Shown: piece by piece, positions 50,566 through 61,866 of the stretch
How positions within the stretch are numbered: position 1 is the first letter of the stretch
Layout: each line of letters starts with the position of its first letter
Virus record (IMG/VR): IMGVR_UViG_2713896909_000009
Span: 32,001 to 96,000 of that record
Source: a virus
Lineage: Duplodnaviria > Heunggongvirae > Uroviricota > Caudoviricetes
Direction: 5' to 3' (one strand)
DNA length: 64,000 nucleotides
Position numbers and translations under genes: made by a program
The notes under the pieces: generated by a model
The model's input: the letters and a program-made list of their open reading frames with translations, nothing else
Databases searched by the model: none
Told to the model about the DNA's origin: nothing

Positions 50566-50643
50566 TAACAACCCCGTCCGCAGGGCGGGGTGACAAGTTA
50601 CTTCTCTTACAATGAGGCTTCACAACATTGATTAGGGAAAATC

Positions 50644-51078
50644 ATGTCTGACGTCTCAACAAACCTCTATAAGAGTCAGTTGTTGGACTATTACTATCAG
50701 CGGCGCGCTGAATCGTCCATAAACAAAGGCTCCCGATTTTTAATCAGCAAGGCCGTTTTCGGTACCAGTTCACTGGTTACTAAGAAAGGAGATGGTACTT
50801 ATGAGATTGGAGAACTGCCAAAGGCTTTCGATCTGGCAGAGCTGACCAGTCAATTTTGCACCATCAACCTCGTCCCAACCTACTCCGGCGGGATAATTAC
50901 TGTCCGAATGGACCTTGATCAAAGCCAGTTGCAGGAAGGGAAAAACTACCCATTCAACACACTGGTTGTCCTGGATAACGAGAATAAGCCCATCGCAATT
51001 ATTTGTGTTCAGGAAGACTCTCTGTATGTGGGCAAAACATATACCGCAGTTATGGCCATAAACACGACTACAGCATAA
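50644..51078 (+). CDS. Hypothetical tail fibre-associated protein
   Basis: ORF track 144 aa. Confidence 0.45.
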   Translation: MSDVSTNLYKSQLLDYYYQRRAESSINKGSRFLISKAVFGTSSLVTKKGDGTYEIGELPKAFDLAELTSQFCTINLVPTYSGGIITVRMDLDQSQLQEGKNYPFNTLVVLDNENKPIAIICVQEDSLYVGKTYTAVMAINTTTA

Positions 51079-51089
51079 GGATATGCTTG

Positions 51090-54000
51090 ATGAATGACGT
51101 TACAGTTGTTACATCGGTCACTTACCCATCACCCGAGTCGTTGGCTCTGGTGGCTGATGTGCAATACCACGAACCATATCTGTCAGCCGCGCTAAACCGA
51201 AAATTCAGGGGAATTGTTGCCCCTGGATTTTATGCCGGTTTCTTGCCTAAGCCTGGTGGTGGGATGAACCTGTTAATCACCTCAGTGGATGGTGATAAAA
51301 CTGCTGGCGCTGCGTCAGTGGATATTGGTGAATTCTACCAGGTAACTATTCAGCACCGTAAGGATATTTCTCTTGCACTTAGTGCAGGTAAGAAATATGC
51401 AATTGTGCTGAAGGGAAGATACCTCCTTGGAGAGGATACCTATCAGGTTAATACCGCGTCACATATTCATGCGGCTGAATTTATTGCCAGAATCTATACC
51501 GATTCATATCAGTTGGGAGATGGGGAGCTACTTGTTTGTACGGTAAATATCCCTGCTGGCGTATCTGCCATTACCCAGGAGATGATTGATACATCTGAGC
51601 GTATCAACCGCACGATCGGCATTGAAATATCAGACTCTGTAACCAGCACCAGAAGTGATGTTGCGGCAAGTTCGCTGGCAGTTAAAAAAGCCTACGATCT
51701 GGCGAAAAGCAAGTATACGGCGCAGGATGCAAGCACAACGCAAAAGGGATTAGTTCAGCTCAGTAGCGAAACTAACAGCGACAGCGAAACAATGGCGGCT
51801 ACCCCTAAAGCCGTTAAGTCTGTAAAAGATCTTGCTGATACTAAAGCGCCAATAGAAAGCCCGAATCTGACAGGGAAACCAGGTGCCCCGACTGCGGCCC
51901 CTGGTACAAACAGCAATCAGATCGCAAATACAGCATTTGTTCATGCCGCTATAAACGCGCTTATCAACGGCGCCCCAGGAACACTGGATACGCTGAAAGA
52001 AATTGCGGCCGCTATCAACAACGATCCGAAGTTCGGCACGACTATCAATAATGCGCTGAATCTTAAGGCTCCTTTAGCAAACCCTGCATTCACCGGAATA
52101 CCTACCGCGCCTACAGCACCGCAGGGTACAAATAACACACAGATAGCAACGACTGCTTATGTTAGGGCGGCTATTTCCGCATTGGTCGGTTCATCTCCTG
52201 AAGCTCTGGATACTCTGAATGAGTTAGCTGCGGCGCTTGGCAATGACCCGAACTTTGCGACAACCATGACCAATGCACTGGCAGGGAAACAGCCTCTTGA
52301 TGCAACCTTAACCGCGCTCGCTGCCCTTGCGACTGGTGCAAATAAACTGCCTTATTTCACCGGTAAGGATACGGTAGCGCAGACTGATTTAACGTCAGTC
52401 GGTCGCGATATTCTGGCTAAAACAAGCACACTGGCCGTTATCCAATACCTTGGTTTAAGAGAACTTGGCACAAGCGGTGAAAAGATTCCCCTGTTGAGCA
52501 CGGCTAACACATGGAGTGCACGCCAGACTTTCAACGGCGGGATCACCGGGGCGCTGACAGGGAACGCCGACACCGCTACAAGATTGCAGACGGCGAGAAA
52601 AATTAATGATGTTCTATTTGATGGTTCAAAGGATATCACTTTAACTGCCGAAAACTTAAAGCTTGAGCAAACAGTAGAATTAGCTGCTGGTGCTTTACAG
52701 AAAAAACAGAACGGCGCAGATATTCCAGATAAGGGTGCTTTCCTGAACAATATTAACGCGGTCAGTAAAACAGATTTTGCTGCTAAGCGTGGGATGCGTT
52801 ATGTGCGAGTTAACGCTCCGGCAGGTGTAACGCCCGGAAAATATTACCCTGTTGTTGTAAAACGTAACTCGGGTTCAACAAGTGAACTTGCATCAAGGGT
52901 AGTTATATCCACTAAATCTGTTGGTGGAGCAGATCCTATGAACAACTGCGAGTTCAGCGGATTTGTGATGCCTGGCGGCTGGACTGACAGAGGGCGTTAT
53001 GCCTATGGAATGTTCTGGCAATATCACAACAATGAACGAGCAATTCATTCGATAATGATGAGTGCTAAGTCAGATGATTTGCACTCTGTATTCTATGTTG
53101 ATGGTGCTGCTTTCCCTGTCTTTGCATTTATTGAAGATGGCCTGTCAATATCCGCACCGGGTGCTGATCTCGTTGTTAATGATACGACCTATAAGTTTGG
53201 GGCAATAAACCCGGCGACAGAATGTGTCGCGGCTGACGTTATCCTTGATTTTAAAAGTGGGCGTGGTTTTTATGAATCTCATTCGTTAATTGTTAACGAT
53301 AACTTGTCGTGCAAAAAACTTTTCGCAACAGACGAAATTGTAGCGCGTGGTGGTAATCAGATTCGAATGATAGGCGGGGAATACGGTGCGTTATGGAGAA
53401 ATGACGGCGCTAAAACTTACCTGCTGCTTACCAACAAAGGTGATGTTTATGGCGAGCATAATGCATTAAGACCGTTTGCTGTTGATAACGCAACTGGTGA
53501 ACTGACTGTTGGAACCAAACTATCCGCAAGTCTGAACGGTAACGCATCGACAGCAACCAAGTTACAAAATGCGATAAATATTAATGGCGTTAAATTTGAT
53601 GGTTCCAGTGATATAAATATTAATACGTTAGTATCCCGAAACCGTGTTACAGCATTAAGTGGGAGCGCAAAGGGTACGCCAGGTATCCAAATGTATGAAG
53701 CGTACAACAATGGATATCCTTTTACTTATGGTAACGTTCTTCATCTTACTGGCGCAGCAGCAGTTGGCGAAGGAGAGTTATTTATTGGGTGGAGTGGGAC
53801 CAGCGGCGCTCATGCTCCGGCATATATTCGCTCCCGACGAGATACCACAGATGCTAACTGGTCGCCGTGGGCGCAGCTTTACACGTCAGCTCATCCTCCG
53901 GCAGAGTTTTATCCAGTCGGTGCCCCAATTCCGTGGCCTTCTGATGTAGTACCTACAGGTTATGCTATTATGCAGGGGCAAACTTTTGATAAGTCCGCAT

Positions 54001-54521
54001 ACCCAAAACTTGCAGTGGCTTATCCATCTGGTGTTATCCCTGATATGCGTGGATGGACAATCAAGGGTAAACCCGCCAGTGGGCGTGCCGTATTGTCTCA
54101 GGAACAGGATGGCATCAAGTCGCACACCCACAGTGCCAGCGCATCAAATACTGACCTCGGTACTAAAACGACCAGCTCATTTGATTACGGGACAAAAACG
54201 GTCAGCACGTTTAACCACGGTACAAAAACGACAAACAATACAGGAGCGCATACGCATACTGTCGGTGGTCGTTACGGTGGTGACTCCATCGGGGGTAAAC
54301 AACGCGTACAGGTATCAGGAACCAACCAGGTGTCAAGCTCTGCCGGAGCACATGCCCATACTGTCGATATTGGTCAGCATAACCACACCGTAGGTATTGG
54401 TGCCCATGCGCACACTGTGGCATTGGGTGCGCACGGACATACCATCACGGTTAACGCTACTGGTAATGCGGAAAACACCGTAAAAAACATTGCATATAAC
54501 TATATTGTGAGGCTTGCATGA
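51090..54521 (+). CDS. Tail fibre protein (P1 S-like) with C-terminal His-box repeats
   Basis: ORF track 51003-54521; ATG 51090 after AAGGA; conserved fibre repeats ([39 protein letters not shown]) and C-terminal GAHxHT repeats. Confidence 0.85.
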   Translation: MNDVTVVTSVTYPSPESLALVADVQYHEPYLSAALNRKFRGIVAPGFYAGFLPKPGGGMNLLITSVDGDKTAGAASVDIGEFYQVTIQHRKDISLALSAGKKYAIVLKGRYLLGEDTYQVNTASHIHAAEFIARIYTDSYQLGDGELLVCTVNIPAGVSAITQEMIDTSERINRTIGIEISDSVTSTRSDVAASSLAVKKAYDLAKSKYTAQDASTTQKGLVQLSSETNSDSETMAATPKAVKSVKDLADTKAPIESPNLTGKPGAPTAAPGTNSNQIANTAFVHAAINALINGAPGTLDTLKEIAAAINNDPKFGTTINNALNLKAPLANPAFTGIPTAPTAPQGTNNTQIATTAYVRAAISALVGSSPEALDTLNELAAALGNDPNFATTMTNALAGKQPLDATLTALAALATGANKLPYFTGKDTVAQTDLTSVGRDILAKTSTLAVIQYLGLRELGTSGEKIPLLSTANTWSARQTFNGGITGALTGNADTATRLQTARKINDVLFDGSKDITLTAENLKLEQTVELAAGALQKKQNGADIPDKGAFLNNINAVSKTDFAAKRGMRYVRVNAPAGVTPGKYYPVVVKRNSGSTSELASRVVISTKSVGGADPMNNCEFSGFVMPGGWTDRGRYAYGMFWQYHNNERAIHSIMMSAKSDDLHSVFYVDGAAFPVFAFIEDGLSISAPGADLVVNDTTYKFGAINPATECVAADVILDFKSGRGFYESHSLIVNDNLSCKKLFATDEIVARGGNQIRMIGGEYGALWRNDGAKTYLLLTNKGDVYGEHNALRPFAVDNATGELTVGTKLSASLNGNASTATKLQNAININGVKFDGSSDININTLVSRNRVTALSGSAKGTPGIQMYEAYNNGYPFTYGNVLHLTGAAAVGEGELFIGWSGTSGAHAPAYIRSRRDTTDANWSPWAQLYTSAHPPAEFYPVGAPIPWPSDVVPTGYAIMQGQTFDKSAYPKLAVAYPSGVIPDMRGWTIKGKPASGRAVLSQEQDGIKSHTHSASASNTDLGTKTTSSFDYGTKTVSTFNHGTKTTNNTGAHTHTVGGRYGGDSIGGKQRVQVSGTNQVSSSAGAHAHTVDIGQHNHTVGIGAHAHTVALGAHGHTITVNATGNAENTVKNIAYNYIVRLA

Positions 54522-55387
54522 TTAAGTTAATTCTTTCAGCGCCAGTACATGAAATGGCTGAAGCATTTAAGCGGGTATTCGCAAATGCAGATAATGTGGA
54601 TGTTGTAGAAAAAACATTTGAAGCAATCCCGGAATTTGACTGCATGGTCAGTGCGGCAAACAGTTTCGGGCTAATGGATGGCGGCGTTGACGCTGCCATT
54701 ACTGCATTCTTTGGTACTCAGTTACAGACACGTGTTCAGAATCATATTCTTCGTGAATATCTTGGTGAGCAGCCTGTAGGCACTGCATTTGTTATTGAAA
54801 CGGGGGATAACAACCATCCCTGGCTGGTACATGCGCCAACAATGCGCGTTCCGCTGACCATTGACGGAACAGACGCTGTATATAACGCCACGTGGGCTGC
54901 TTTACTTGCCATCTTTCAGCACAATAAAAATGCAACGACAGACAGGAAAATAAAGACGGTGGTATTCCCTGCAATGGGGGCCGGATGTGGTCAGGTGCCG
55001 TTTGAAAGTGTTGCCCGGCAGATGAAGCAGGCATGGGATAACTTTAATAAAGAAACAGAAGCAATTAACTGGGAATACGCACACTCCCGCCAGTTGGCAG
55101 TATTTAATACATGCGCGTACTGCCCGGGTACTCCTGTTTGTCGTTATGCGGATATTAAATATATTGGACTTGGCGATTACCGGACGTATTGCTTACGGTC
55201 GGGGCAGGTATGCATTAATCCTGAACATCAGGTTGATGACGTGCTGACTAATAATCGTTCTCGCCCGGGGGCGCATATGCATCAGATTAATCCGGTAAAA
55301 TCCGTAGGTAATATTGCCATTGGCGCACACAGCCACGGAAGGAATATCACCATTGGTGCTCATTCCCATACCCCACATAAACAATAA
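54518..55387 (+). CDS. Macro-domain protein with Cys-rich, His-box-repeat C-terminus
   Basis: ORF track 289 aa; macro motifs [19 protein letters not shown] and [13 protein letters not shown]-terminal [21 protein letters not shown] overlaps fibre stop. Confidence 0.6.
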   Translation: MIKLILSAPVHEMAEAFKRVFANADNVDVVEKTFEAIPEFDCMVSAANSFGLMDGGVDAAITAFFGTQLQTRVQNHILREYLGEQPVGTAFVIETGDNNHPWLVHAPTMRVPLTIDGTDAVYNATWAALLAIFQHNKNATTDRKIKTVVFPAMGAGCGQVPFESVARQMKQAWDNFNKETEAINWEYAHSRQLAVFNTCAYCPGTPVCRYADIKYIGLGDYRTYCLRSGQVCINPEHQVDDVLTNNRSRPGAHMHQINPVKSVGNIAIGAHSHGRNITIGAHSHTPHKQ

Positions 55388-55405
55388 TTCTTTCTCTGAT
55401 TAGAG

Positions 55406-55990
55406 GTGAAAATGACTTTCAGAATGAGTGCTGAAGCACAAACCATTCGCGTATTTAATTATCTCGATGGTACAAATGAATTTATTGGAGAAAGTGATGC
55501 CTATATTCCACCACATACAGGGCTTCCGGCAAACAGCACAGATATTGCTCCTCCTAAGATTCCAGCTGGTTTTGCCGCTATATTCGACACAACCCGAAAC
55601 TTATGGAATTTAATAGAGGACCATAGAGGAAAAACTGTTTATCACACTGAAACAGGTGACGCTAAAACTATATTTAAATTAGGCGCTTTGCCTGAGGATG
55701 TTACGTGCATTCCTCCTGATGATGAGTATCAGAAGTGGAATGGAAATCAATGGGTTACAGACGATGAGGCGAAGCATCAAGCTCAGATAACCTATGCAAA
55801 CTCAAAGAAAAATGAGTTGTTAAAGCACGCAAGCGTAGAGATAGCGATCTTACAAGATGCTGTTGATTTATGTATTGCAACAGATGAAGAGAAAGTTTTA
55901 TTAAATGAATGGAAAAAATACAGAGTGCTTGTAAATAGGTTAAATGAAGATGACATCATTCAAATGAAAGTCCCTGAAATACCAGTTTGA
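55406..55990 (+). CDS. Tail fibre assembly protein (Tfa / P1 U-like)
   Basis: ORF track 194 aa; C-terminal ATDEEKVLLNEWKKYRVLVNRL typical of Tfa chaperones. Confidence 0.75.
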   Translation: MKMTFRMSAEAQTIRVFNYLDGTNEFIGESDAYIPPHTGLPANSTDIAPPKIPAGFAAIFDTTRNLWNLIEDHRGKTVYHTETGDAKTIFKLGALPEDVTCIPPDDEYQKWNGNQWVTDDEAKHQAQITYANSKKNELLKHASVEIAILQDAVDLCIATDEEKVLLNEWKKYRVLVNRLNEDDIIQMKVPEIPV

Positions 55991-56003
55991 TTTATATATT
56001 AAT

Positions 56004-56044
56004 AAGCCACTGTTGACAGGACTGTTTTACAGTGGCTTGTTTTA
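56004..56044. terminator. Bidirectional terminator hairpin between convergent genes
   Basis: AAGCCACTG...CAGTGGCTT with T-run on plus side. Confidence 0.55.
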
Positions 56045-57193
56045 TTATCCAAACCAATTTTCTAGAACATTTTCAAATTTATGGGTAACTTGCCACCATA
56101 AATAGTTCTCTAATACATATTTCTTTCCGTTATTTGCAATTTGTTCTAATTTTTCGGAGTGTAATGTTTCATATATATCACTAGCTAAACTTTCTGGCAA
56201 CATTGGTTCATTTATATGAAATCCTGTATGGTTATTTTTTACAAATTCAACCATTCCACCTCGAGTGCTAACTAAAACGGGTTTTCCTGCCCCCATAGCT
56301 TCTATAGCAACCATGCAGAACGGTTCTTGAAACTGAGATGGGATTACAACTAGATCGGCTATAGGATAGTAACGGTACATATCATCTGGTTTTACCCCGC
56401 CAACAAGATGACAACGCGAACCAATAGTTCCAGCAAGTTCCCTTACTTGTTTTTGATATGCAGCTTTTTCTCCTTTATCTTTATTATTGTAGTCACCAAC
56501 AACTACAAGTTCTATATTGTCACATGATTTTATCAATTTTTTAAACGCTTGTAATAGTAAAACAGTCCCTTTTTCAGGGGAGATCCTTCCCGCATAAAAG
56601 ATAACTTTTTTCTCAGAGGGAATGCCTAAATCTTGTTTTGTTAGCGGGGGTAGCCCTTTATCTAGATTGTGTGGTTCTGTACCATTAGGAACTATACAAA
56701 TTTCAGCGTCAGGAAGATGTTTTTCATAAAAATCCTTTAAATACTGACTTGGAACAAGCATTTTCACATTGCTATCTAGCCCTTTCGGTGTAAAGGCATT
56801 ATGCATATGCATTATCATTTTTGCGTCAGGAGCTTTCTCTCTAATTTGACGATAAAGTTTCATGCTGTTATGAACAATAATAATGCTATCGTTTGTGATA
56901 TTGAAATCTTTAGCAATGTTTAACACTCGTTGTGAATATGGAATAGGATCTATTCTGCTCCATTTTTGAAATATCCGTTTATAAAGACGGCTAAACCCTA
57001 TTCTATGGATAGAGCATCGCTCATTAACAATATCTTTTTCTGAGAAACCATCCTCTCGAATGCATGCTATACGATTTGGTATTCTTGTTCTCTTTGCGAC
57101 TTGATATATCCAAGTTTCAACAGCTGCTGCGCCACGAGGTGGTATTGAAAATATTGGTGTAACTGTAAATATTAATTTGTCAATCATGAGCAA
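56045..57193 (-). CDS. GT1-family (GT-B, GT4-like) glycosyltransferase, AT-rich cargo
   Basis: ORF track 382 aa; EAMGAGKPVLVSTRGG and PSQFQEPFCMVAIEA signature region. Confidence 0.8.
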   Translation of the reverse strand: MLMIDKLIFTVTPIFSIPPRGAAAVETWIYQVAKRTRIPNRIACIREDGFSEKDIVNERCSIHRIGFSRLYKRIFQKWSRIDPIPYSQRVLNIAKDFNITNDSIIIVHNSMKLYRQIREKAPDAKMIMHMHNAFTPKGLDSNVKMLVPSQYLKDFYEKHLPDAEICIVPNGTEPHNLDKGLPPLTKQDLGIPSEKKVIFYAGRISPEKGTVLLLQAFKKLIKSCDNIELVVVGDYNNKDKGEKAAYQKQVRELAGTIGSRCHLVGGVKPDDMYRYYPIADLVVIPSQFQEPFCMVAIEAMGAGKPVLVSTRGGMVEFVKNNHTGFHINEPMLPESLASDIYETLHSEKLEQIANNGKKYVLENYLWWQVTHKFENVLENWFG

Positions 57194-57731
57194 CTATCCT
57201 CTTATAATCTTTTTCCTTTAAATGTTTTTTTAGGGTTGCGGGAGAGCCCGCATACATTGTATTAGCAGGAACATCAGTATTTACAACGCTATTTGCAGCT
57301 ATAACACTATTGTCTCCTATTTTTACACCTGGTAGCACAGTTGTATTTGCCCCAATCCAAACATTACGGCCTATTTTTATTGGAGCGCAAATTGTTTCTT
57401 TGGGACGTTTGCTTGGTGTTAGTGGATGCGTGACAGTTGTTAATACAACGTTGGGGCCAATGGCAGAGTTACATCCAATATCTATTGTTTTTGCATCGAG
57501 AAAAACACAATTTGCGTTAATGAAGACCTTTTTATCAATAATTATATTGCCATTCTCAAAATAAAATGGAGCTGTTATTGTTGAGTCTTCACTTACTTTA
57601 ACTCCTGTTTTTTTTAATGTGATTAATTTTTTTCTTTTTGAGATCAAGGTATAATTAAATATATGTCTTGCTTTCTTTGCTTTCTTTTTTTGAAAAATTA
57701 TATAGAAATAATATGTTAGCAAATCAAACAT
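57180..57731 (-). CDS. Hexapeptide-repeat acetyltransferase (left-handed beta-helix)
   Basis: ORF track 183 aa; IGRNVWIGANTTVLPGVKIGDNSVIAANSVV. Confidence 0.8.
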   Translation of the reverse strand: MFDLLTYYFYIIFQKKKAKKARHIFNYTLISKRKKLITLKKTGVKVSEDSTITAPFYFENGNIIIDKKVFINANCVFLDAKTIDIGCNSAIGPNVVLTTVTHPLTPSKRPKETICAPIKIGRNVWIGANTTVLPGVKIGDNSVIAANSVVNTDVPANTMYAGSPATLKKHLKEKDYKRIVAHD

Positions 57732-57755
57732 TGTTGTTTTACTTCCATTTAAAAT

Positions 57756-58022
57756 TTAACTATCAAATGTGGCTCCTATTTCTCGCATTTTGTTAAGTAT
57801 GATGTTTATTTCATTGCTACCGAGAGAAGTTTGGGCAGCTATGAAAAAAAGTATGTGCAATGACATAGATCTGTTATTTTCTTTGTTTATATATTTTCTC
57901 CACTGGCTATCGCTGCTGACCCCGGCTAGTTCTGCCATTTGATTCCCTGTATACCCAAGCGTTTCTTTGAATTGACGCAAATCTTGTGATTTGGGGGGGG
58001 TGTAGTTGTTTATTAACCTCAT
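57756..58022 (-). CDS. Small HTH (XRE-like) protein
   Basis: ORF track 57756-58085; start placed at ATG 58022; LRQFKETLGYTGNQMAELAGV. Confidence 0.4.
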   Translation of the reverse strand: MRLINNYTPPKSQDLRQFKETLGYTGNQMAELAGVSSDSQWRKYINKENNRSMSLHILFFIAAQTSLGSNEINIILNKMREIGATFDS

Positions 58023-58152
58023 ATTAAACCCATTATTGGTAAGCTTTCGTTGGTGTAATGGTAGCACCAATGGGGCTGCTGTCAAGCGTCTTTTCTTTAT
58101 AAATATAGGGAGCCATCAAAATCTGACATCAATTATCTATCGAAATATTTTG

Positions 58153-58170
58153 AATGACTGGTGAGAAGTT
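58153..58170 (+). promoter_or_regulatory. Putative late promoter element (degenerate copy) upstream of lysis genes
   Basis: AATGACTGGTGAGAAGTT about 40 nt upstream of holin GTG. Confidence 0.3.
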
Positions 58171-58212
58171 ACTTTGCATACCATTACCTCCTGACAACGT
58201 AGGAGGGAACTT

Positions 58213-58542
58213 GTGCTTGACACACAGGAATTAGCTCCAGTTGCTATTGCGCTCCTGCTTTCAGTAATTGGTGGGATAGGCACGTTCCTGATGGATGTCC
58301 GAGACGGTCGCCAGTCTGGCAATTTGTTGGGATTGGTTACGGAGATCTTTGTTGCAGTGACAGCTGGCGCGGTGGCGTACCTATTGGGGCAACACGAGGG
58401 CTGGGAGTTATCAATTACGTACTTAATGGTAACGATAGCCAGCAATAACGGTCATGAGGTGATTTCAGGGATGAAACGAGTGAATATCGATAGCATTCTG
58501 AATGTTCTTACAAGTTTGGTGAAAAAGGGAGGCGGGAAATGA
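58213..58542 (+). CDS. lydA: Holin-like membrane protein (P1 LydA-like)
   Basis: ORF track 109 aa; GTG start after GGAGGGA; three hydrophobic segments, charged C-terminus. Confidence 0.55.
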   Translation: MLDTQELAPVAIALLLSVIGGIGTFLMDVRDGRQSGNLLGLVTEIFVAVTAGAVAYLLGQHEGWELSITYLMVTIASNNGHEVISGMKRVNIDSILNVLTSLVKKGGGK

Positions 58543-58982
58543 TTGGCTGGGGTGTATGCGCTCTTGCGGCAGCCTTAGCTGATCGCTATTTGCTAAAACG
58601 CAAGGACATCACGAATTTAGAGCTTGGTGATGTGGAAATTAAACCGGGATTTATCCGGGTGCCGTTCAAATATCGGTCTAAATTCCCGTTTTTGCGCGGT
58701 GCAACGGTCAGATATTGGCTCCGTGATGTTCAGAAGCCGACGACAGTGATTGAAGGCGAACAACGTTGCCTGACGTCGGCTGAACAGGGCGAAAACAGTG
58801 AATGGTTGTACATACCCACTGAATATATGGGTAAAGGAGAACGACTGTGGCATTTCAACGTCATGGTTACGCACGGCGACTCGTTCATTAACCCGTTGTA
58901 TCGGATTTTCCCTGTTACTCAGCAAATCCGCAGAAGTTACGTAATAAATCTCGCACAGGATGTGTCAGATGACGAAAAATAA
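58539..58982 (+). CDS. lydB: Antiholin-like protein (P1 LydB-like by size and position)
   Basis: ORF track 147 aa; coupled to lydA. Confidence 0.45.
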   Translation: MIGWGVCALAAALADRYLLKRKDITNLELGDVEIKPGFIRVPFKYRSKFPFLRGATVRYWLRDVQKPTTVIEGEQRCLTSAEQGENSEWLYIPTEYMGKGERLWHFNVMVTHGDSFINPLYRIFPVTQQIRRSYVINLAQDVSDDEK

Positions 58983-59571
58983 GTATGCAACGGTCGATTT
59001 TGACCAGGTTAATGAAAAGGGGCTTAAATCCCTTATCACGGCGATCAATAAAACCGGTGTTACGGTAATTGAGGTTGACTCCAGCAACCGCGCAACTACG
59101 AAAGATGGCGTTAAAGTTAAAACCGCAAAGTTGGTTCTTAACGACGGACAAATTCTTGCTATACAGGTAAATGATACTGGCGATATATCGTCTGTGAAAC
59201 TGAATGGAAAAGCTATTCCTAATGCTCAATCGCCAGATATCAAGACGCTTGGTACCGTCATGGGGCAAGCGGCCCACAAAAACGCTGCAAAATTCCAGAA
59301 ATCACTGATCGCCAAAGCTAAACGTGTTGCCAATCCGGTAGACAAGAAACCGGCAGTTAAATCCAACTTTCAGCGCCTGCAAGAGGCAAAACAGCGGAAT
59401 GCTCAGGTGGTTGCCGCTTATAAATCCGCGCAGAACTCGGTGTCTTTCAATCAACAGCAGATCACTGATTTGCGGGCGAAGCTGGATAAGGAGACAGGTC
59501 GACTCAATAACGAAAAGGCCAGGAATGGCGAACTCAAACGCCGTCTTAAGCAACTGAAAGCAGGAAATTAA
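58969..59571 (+). CDS. hdf: Hdf-like protein (homolog of a DarA fragment)
   Basis: ORF track 58960-59571; GQILAIQV...KNAAKFQKSLIAKAK aligns with GQTISILF...KNSAKFQRAQKKKKA of the next gene. Confidence 0.5.
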   Translation: MTKNKYATVDFDQVNEKGLKSLITAINKTGVTVIEVDSSNRATTKDGVKVKTAKLVLNDGQILAIQVNDTGDISSVKLNGKAIPNAQSPDIKTLGTVMGQAAHKNAAKFQKSLIAKAKRVANPVDKKPAVKSNFQRLQEAKQRNAQVVAAYKSAQNSVSFNQQQITDLRAKLDKETGRLNNEKARNGELKRRLKQLKAGN

Positions 59572-59572
59572 C

Positions 59573-61492
59573 ATGGAACAGTTCAATATCAATAAAGGGG
59601 TGACGATCAAACCTGGGCTTGACGTGCTTCCCCCGCCAGTGACTGATGATGAATATCGCGCATTAATGGCCGGTGAGGACCGCTATCTGATGACGGAATC
59701 CAACACCCTGGAGGAAATCGAGGCTACGTTCTTCTATGACACGCCGATCCACTGGTGTGCTACGGATTTACTGGAGGCGATTAGTTCTACTCGTTTGCAG
59801 TTACACCGGACCATGCAGGCATTTGTCCGGGCATTGAACCAGAAGCTGAATGGTACCGGAATCTCTGCGGGGAGTGATAAAACGGGGGATGTGGCCCAGA
59901 GCGGCGCGCGCGCGATCGGCGGCGCTGAAATTGGTCGGGCACGTAACGTTAACGGGCTGCCGGTCCTGCCAGCCATTATTCCGCTCAGTGATGGTCAGAC
60001 TATCAGCATTCTGTTTCATAGCCCGACAGCGGAAAACCGGATCACCAATAGCGATACGCTGGTTGCTTTCCAGTTCTTACTGAATAAAAAAGACGTTACT
60101 CACACCGTTGCTCCGATGAGTGGACGTGATATGACGCTGGCACAGGTCACCATGAAACTTGCCAACCTTGCAGAGAAAAACTCGGCAAAATTCCAGCGTG
60201 CGCAGAAGAAGAAAAAAGCTCTTGTTGATGAAATAACCCAACTACAGGCTGACAGTGACCAGAAAGAGGATGCCATGAGCGACCTCGCGGATCAGGTGGC
60301 AGCGGTAGAAGGGCAGAAGGCAGATCTGGAGCAGAAAATTAACGCTGTTGCATCGGAAGCGGATTCTCTTTATGAAGAGAATGAGCGTTTGCAGACGGAG
60401 ATTGATCAGCTCAATCGCACAGGTGGGCGCGATACCATTGCTCCAGCGGGGATGACTGGTGGGCACTCGCGCGCGCTGACGGATCGCCTTGCCAGTATCA
60501 AAAATCGTATGCATATGAACGGGGAAGTGACGCTCAGTAATGGTGCATCAATGAAGCAATTCATTGAGGACGGCGAAGGGTATATCCAGTTAACCGATTC
60601 GGATGGCAGCGTGTACATGATCAAGGCTAAATCCATACAGGGTGTGGACATGGCAGATGCGATCGGCAAGCTGTTTAAAGCCTATAAAGCGGGTAATGTA
60701 TCGGAATATCTGGTCCAGCCAGAAGAACATAAACCAGAAAACGTCGAACCTGAACCAGCGGAGGATACCGGTAGCTCTTCGCCTGAACCAGAAGTCTCTG
60801 TAGGTGCATATCGATATGCCCTGCAAATGCGTCCGGCGGCCCCTGGCGCGATACCTGAAGGTAACAAAGCAATTCTTCCGCGCCCTGATGAAGGTGACCC
60901 GTATTATGAATATGCACGCTACGGCATTGCTACTTACGATACCCCGCTTTCTGATCAGCAAATGAGTGAGTACGACCTGAAGTTATTGCCTCGCGAGGAT
61001 TCTTTCGACTTCCTGGCGAAGACACTTACTAATGGTCCGTTTGGCAAATATGCACAAAAAGCTCTGGAGCTGGCCACCAGCTCACCAGACGAGTTCCGCG
61101 TAATGCTGAAAACTCAGTTTCAAAAAACTTTCCCCAATATTGCGTTTCCGGGGGGCGCAGGCACCGAGAAAATGGTGCAGAGCATGATCAATGCATTGCA
61201 GGCCGAAGTCGGTGAGATTACTCAACCAGAACCGGCCCCGGAACAGCCTGATGAAAAGGTTAGCGAAGCAGATGCAGAGGCTAATAAAGCCATTGAATAT
61301 CTCAATAATGTGATGGATATGCAAAGCACTGACATGGCGGAGATCCGCAACGCCAGAGGCAATGTCAGGGAAGCGATTGCTGCCCTTCAGGCTGCCGGAC
61401 GTTTTGAGGAAAACGAAGAGCTGGTTAATGGCGCAGCTCGCCACCTGGCTGATCTGCTGGTAGCAATCCAGAAAGCGGGAGTAGCGGCATGA
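59573..61492 (+). CDS. darA: DarA-like antirestriction/head internal protein
   Basis: ORF track 639 aa; size and position after lydAB-hdf match recalled P1 darA. Confidence 0.55.
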   Translation: MEQFNINKGVTIKPGLDVLPPPVTDDEYRALMAGEDRYLMTESNTLEEIEATFFYDTPIHWCATDLLEAISSTRLQLHRTMQAFVRALNQKLNGTGISAGSDKTGDVAQSGARAIGGAEIGRARNVNGLPVLPAIIPLSDGQTISILFHSPTAENRITNSDTLVAFQFLLNKKDVTHTVAPMSGRDMTLAQVTMKLANLAEKNSAKFQRAQKKKKALVDEITQLQADSDQKEDAMSDLADQVAAVEGQKADLEQKINAVASEADSLYEENERLQTEIDQLNRTGGRDTIAPAGMTGGHSRALTDRLASIKNRMHMNGEVTLSNGASMKQFIEDGEGYIQLTDSDGSVYMIKAKSIQGVDMADAIGKLFKAYKAGNVSEYLVQPEEHKPENVEPEPAEDTGSSSPEPEVSVGAYRYALQMRPAAPGAIPEGNKAILPRPDEGDPYYEYARYGIATYDTPLSDQQMSEYDLKLLPREDSFDFLAKTLTNGPFGKYAQKALELATSSPDEFRVMLKTQFQKTFPNIAFPGGAGTEKMVQSMINALQAEVGEITQPEPAPEQPDEKVSEADAEANKAIEYLNNVMDMQSTDMAEIRNARGNVREAIAALQAAGRFEENEELVNGAARHLADLLVAIQKAGVAA

Positions 61493-61854
61493 CACTATCA
61501 GCTATTGAGTTAATGGACCTCAGCGATAAGTTGGATGCTCTGATGTCCAAAGCTGCTACCGCGAGTGGCATGGAGTTGCTGGATATCAGCGATGAAATTG
61601 ACCAGATCATGCAACAGATGGGGTACGGCGCGTCCGGCGGCGGTAATGGCGAGGAAAAACAACCTTCGGTACATGATGGTGTACCAAAACTGGTTGCTGA
61701 TTTCTTGGCTGATAAATTCGTCGATCAGAGCACCGATGCATTTATCGGTACGTTGCAGGACTTAAGTCAATATGTTGGCACATACATCGACCTGGACCAG
61801 GTTAAACAGCACACGGCGGCATGGATAGCCGCCAATATTAAAGAGGCGGTATAA
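61489..61854 (+). CDS. Hypothetical protein of Dar-like operon
   Basis: ORF track 121 aa; coupled to darA. Confidence 0.45.
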   Translation: MTLSAIELMDLSDKLDALMSKAATASGMELLDISDEIDQIMQQMGYGASGGGNGEEKQPSVHDGVPKLVADFLADKFVDQSTDAFIGTLQDLSQYVGTYIDLDQVKQHTAAWIAANIKEAV

Positions 61855-61866
61855 GGCGTAACAGGG

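Noticed and set aside
50566-50600. Hairpin CCCCGTCC-GCA-GGGCGGGG after the baseplate gene as a terminator
   Set aside because: Strong GC stem but no following T-run; kept only as a possible RNA structure.
55990-58212. Expected Cin-type invertase and cix sites of an invertible tail-fibre segment
   Set aside because: No serine-recombinase-like ORF or matching inverted crossover repeats seen; the only small regulator-like ORF here is a plain HTH protein.
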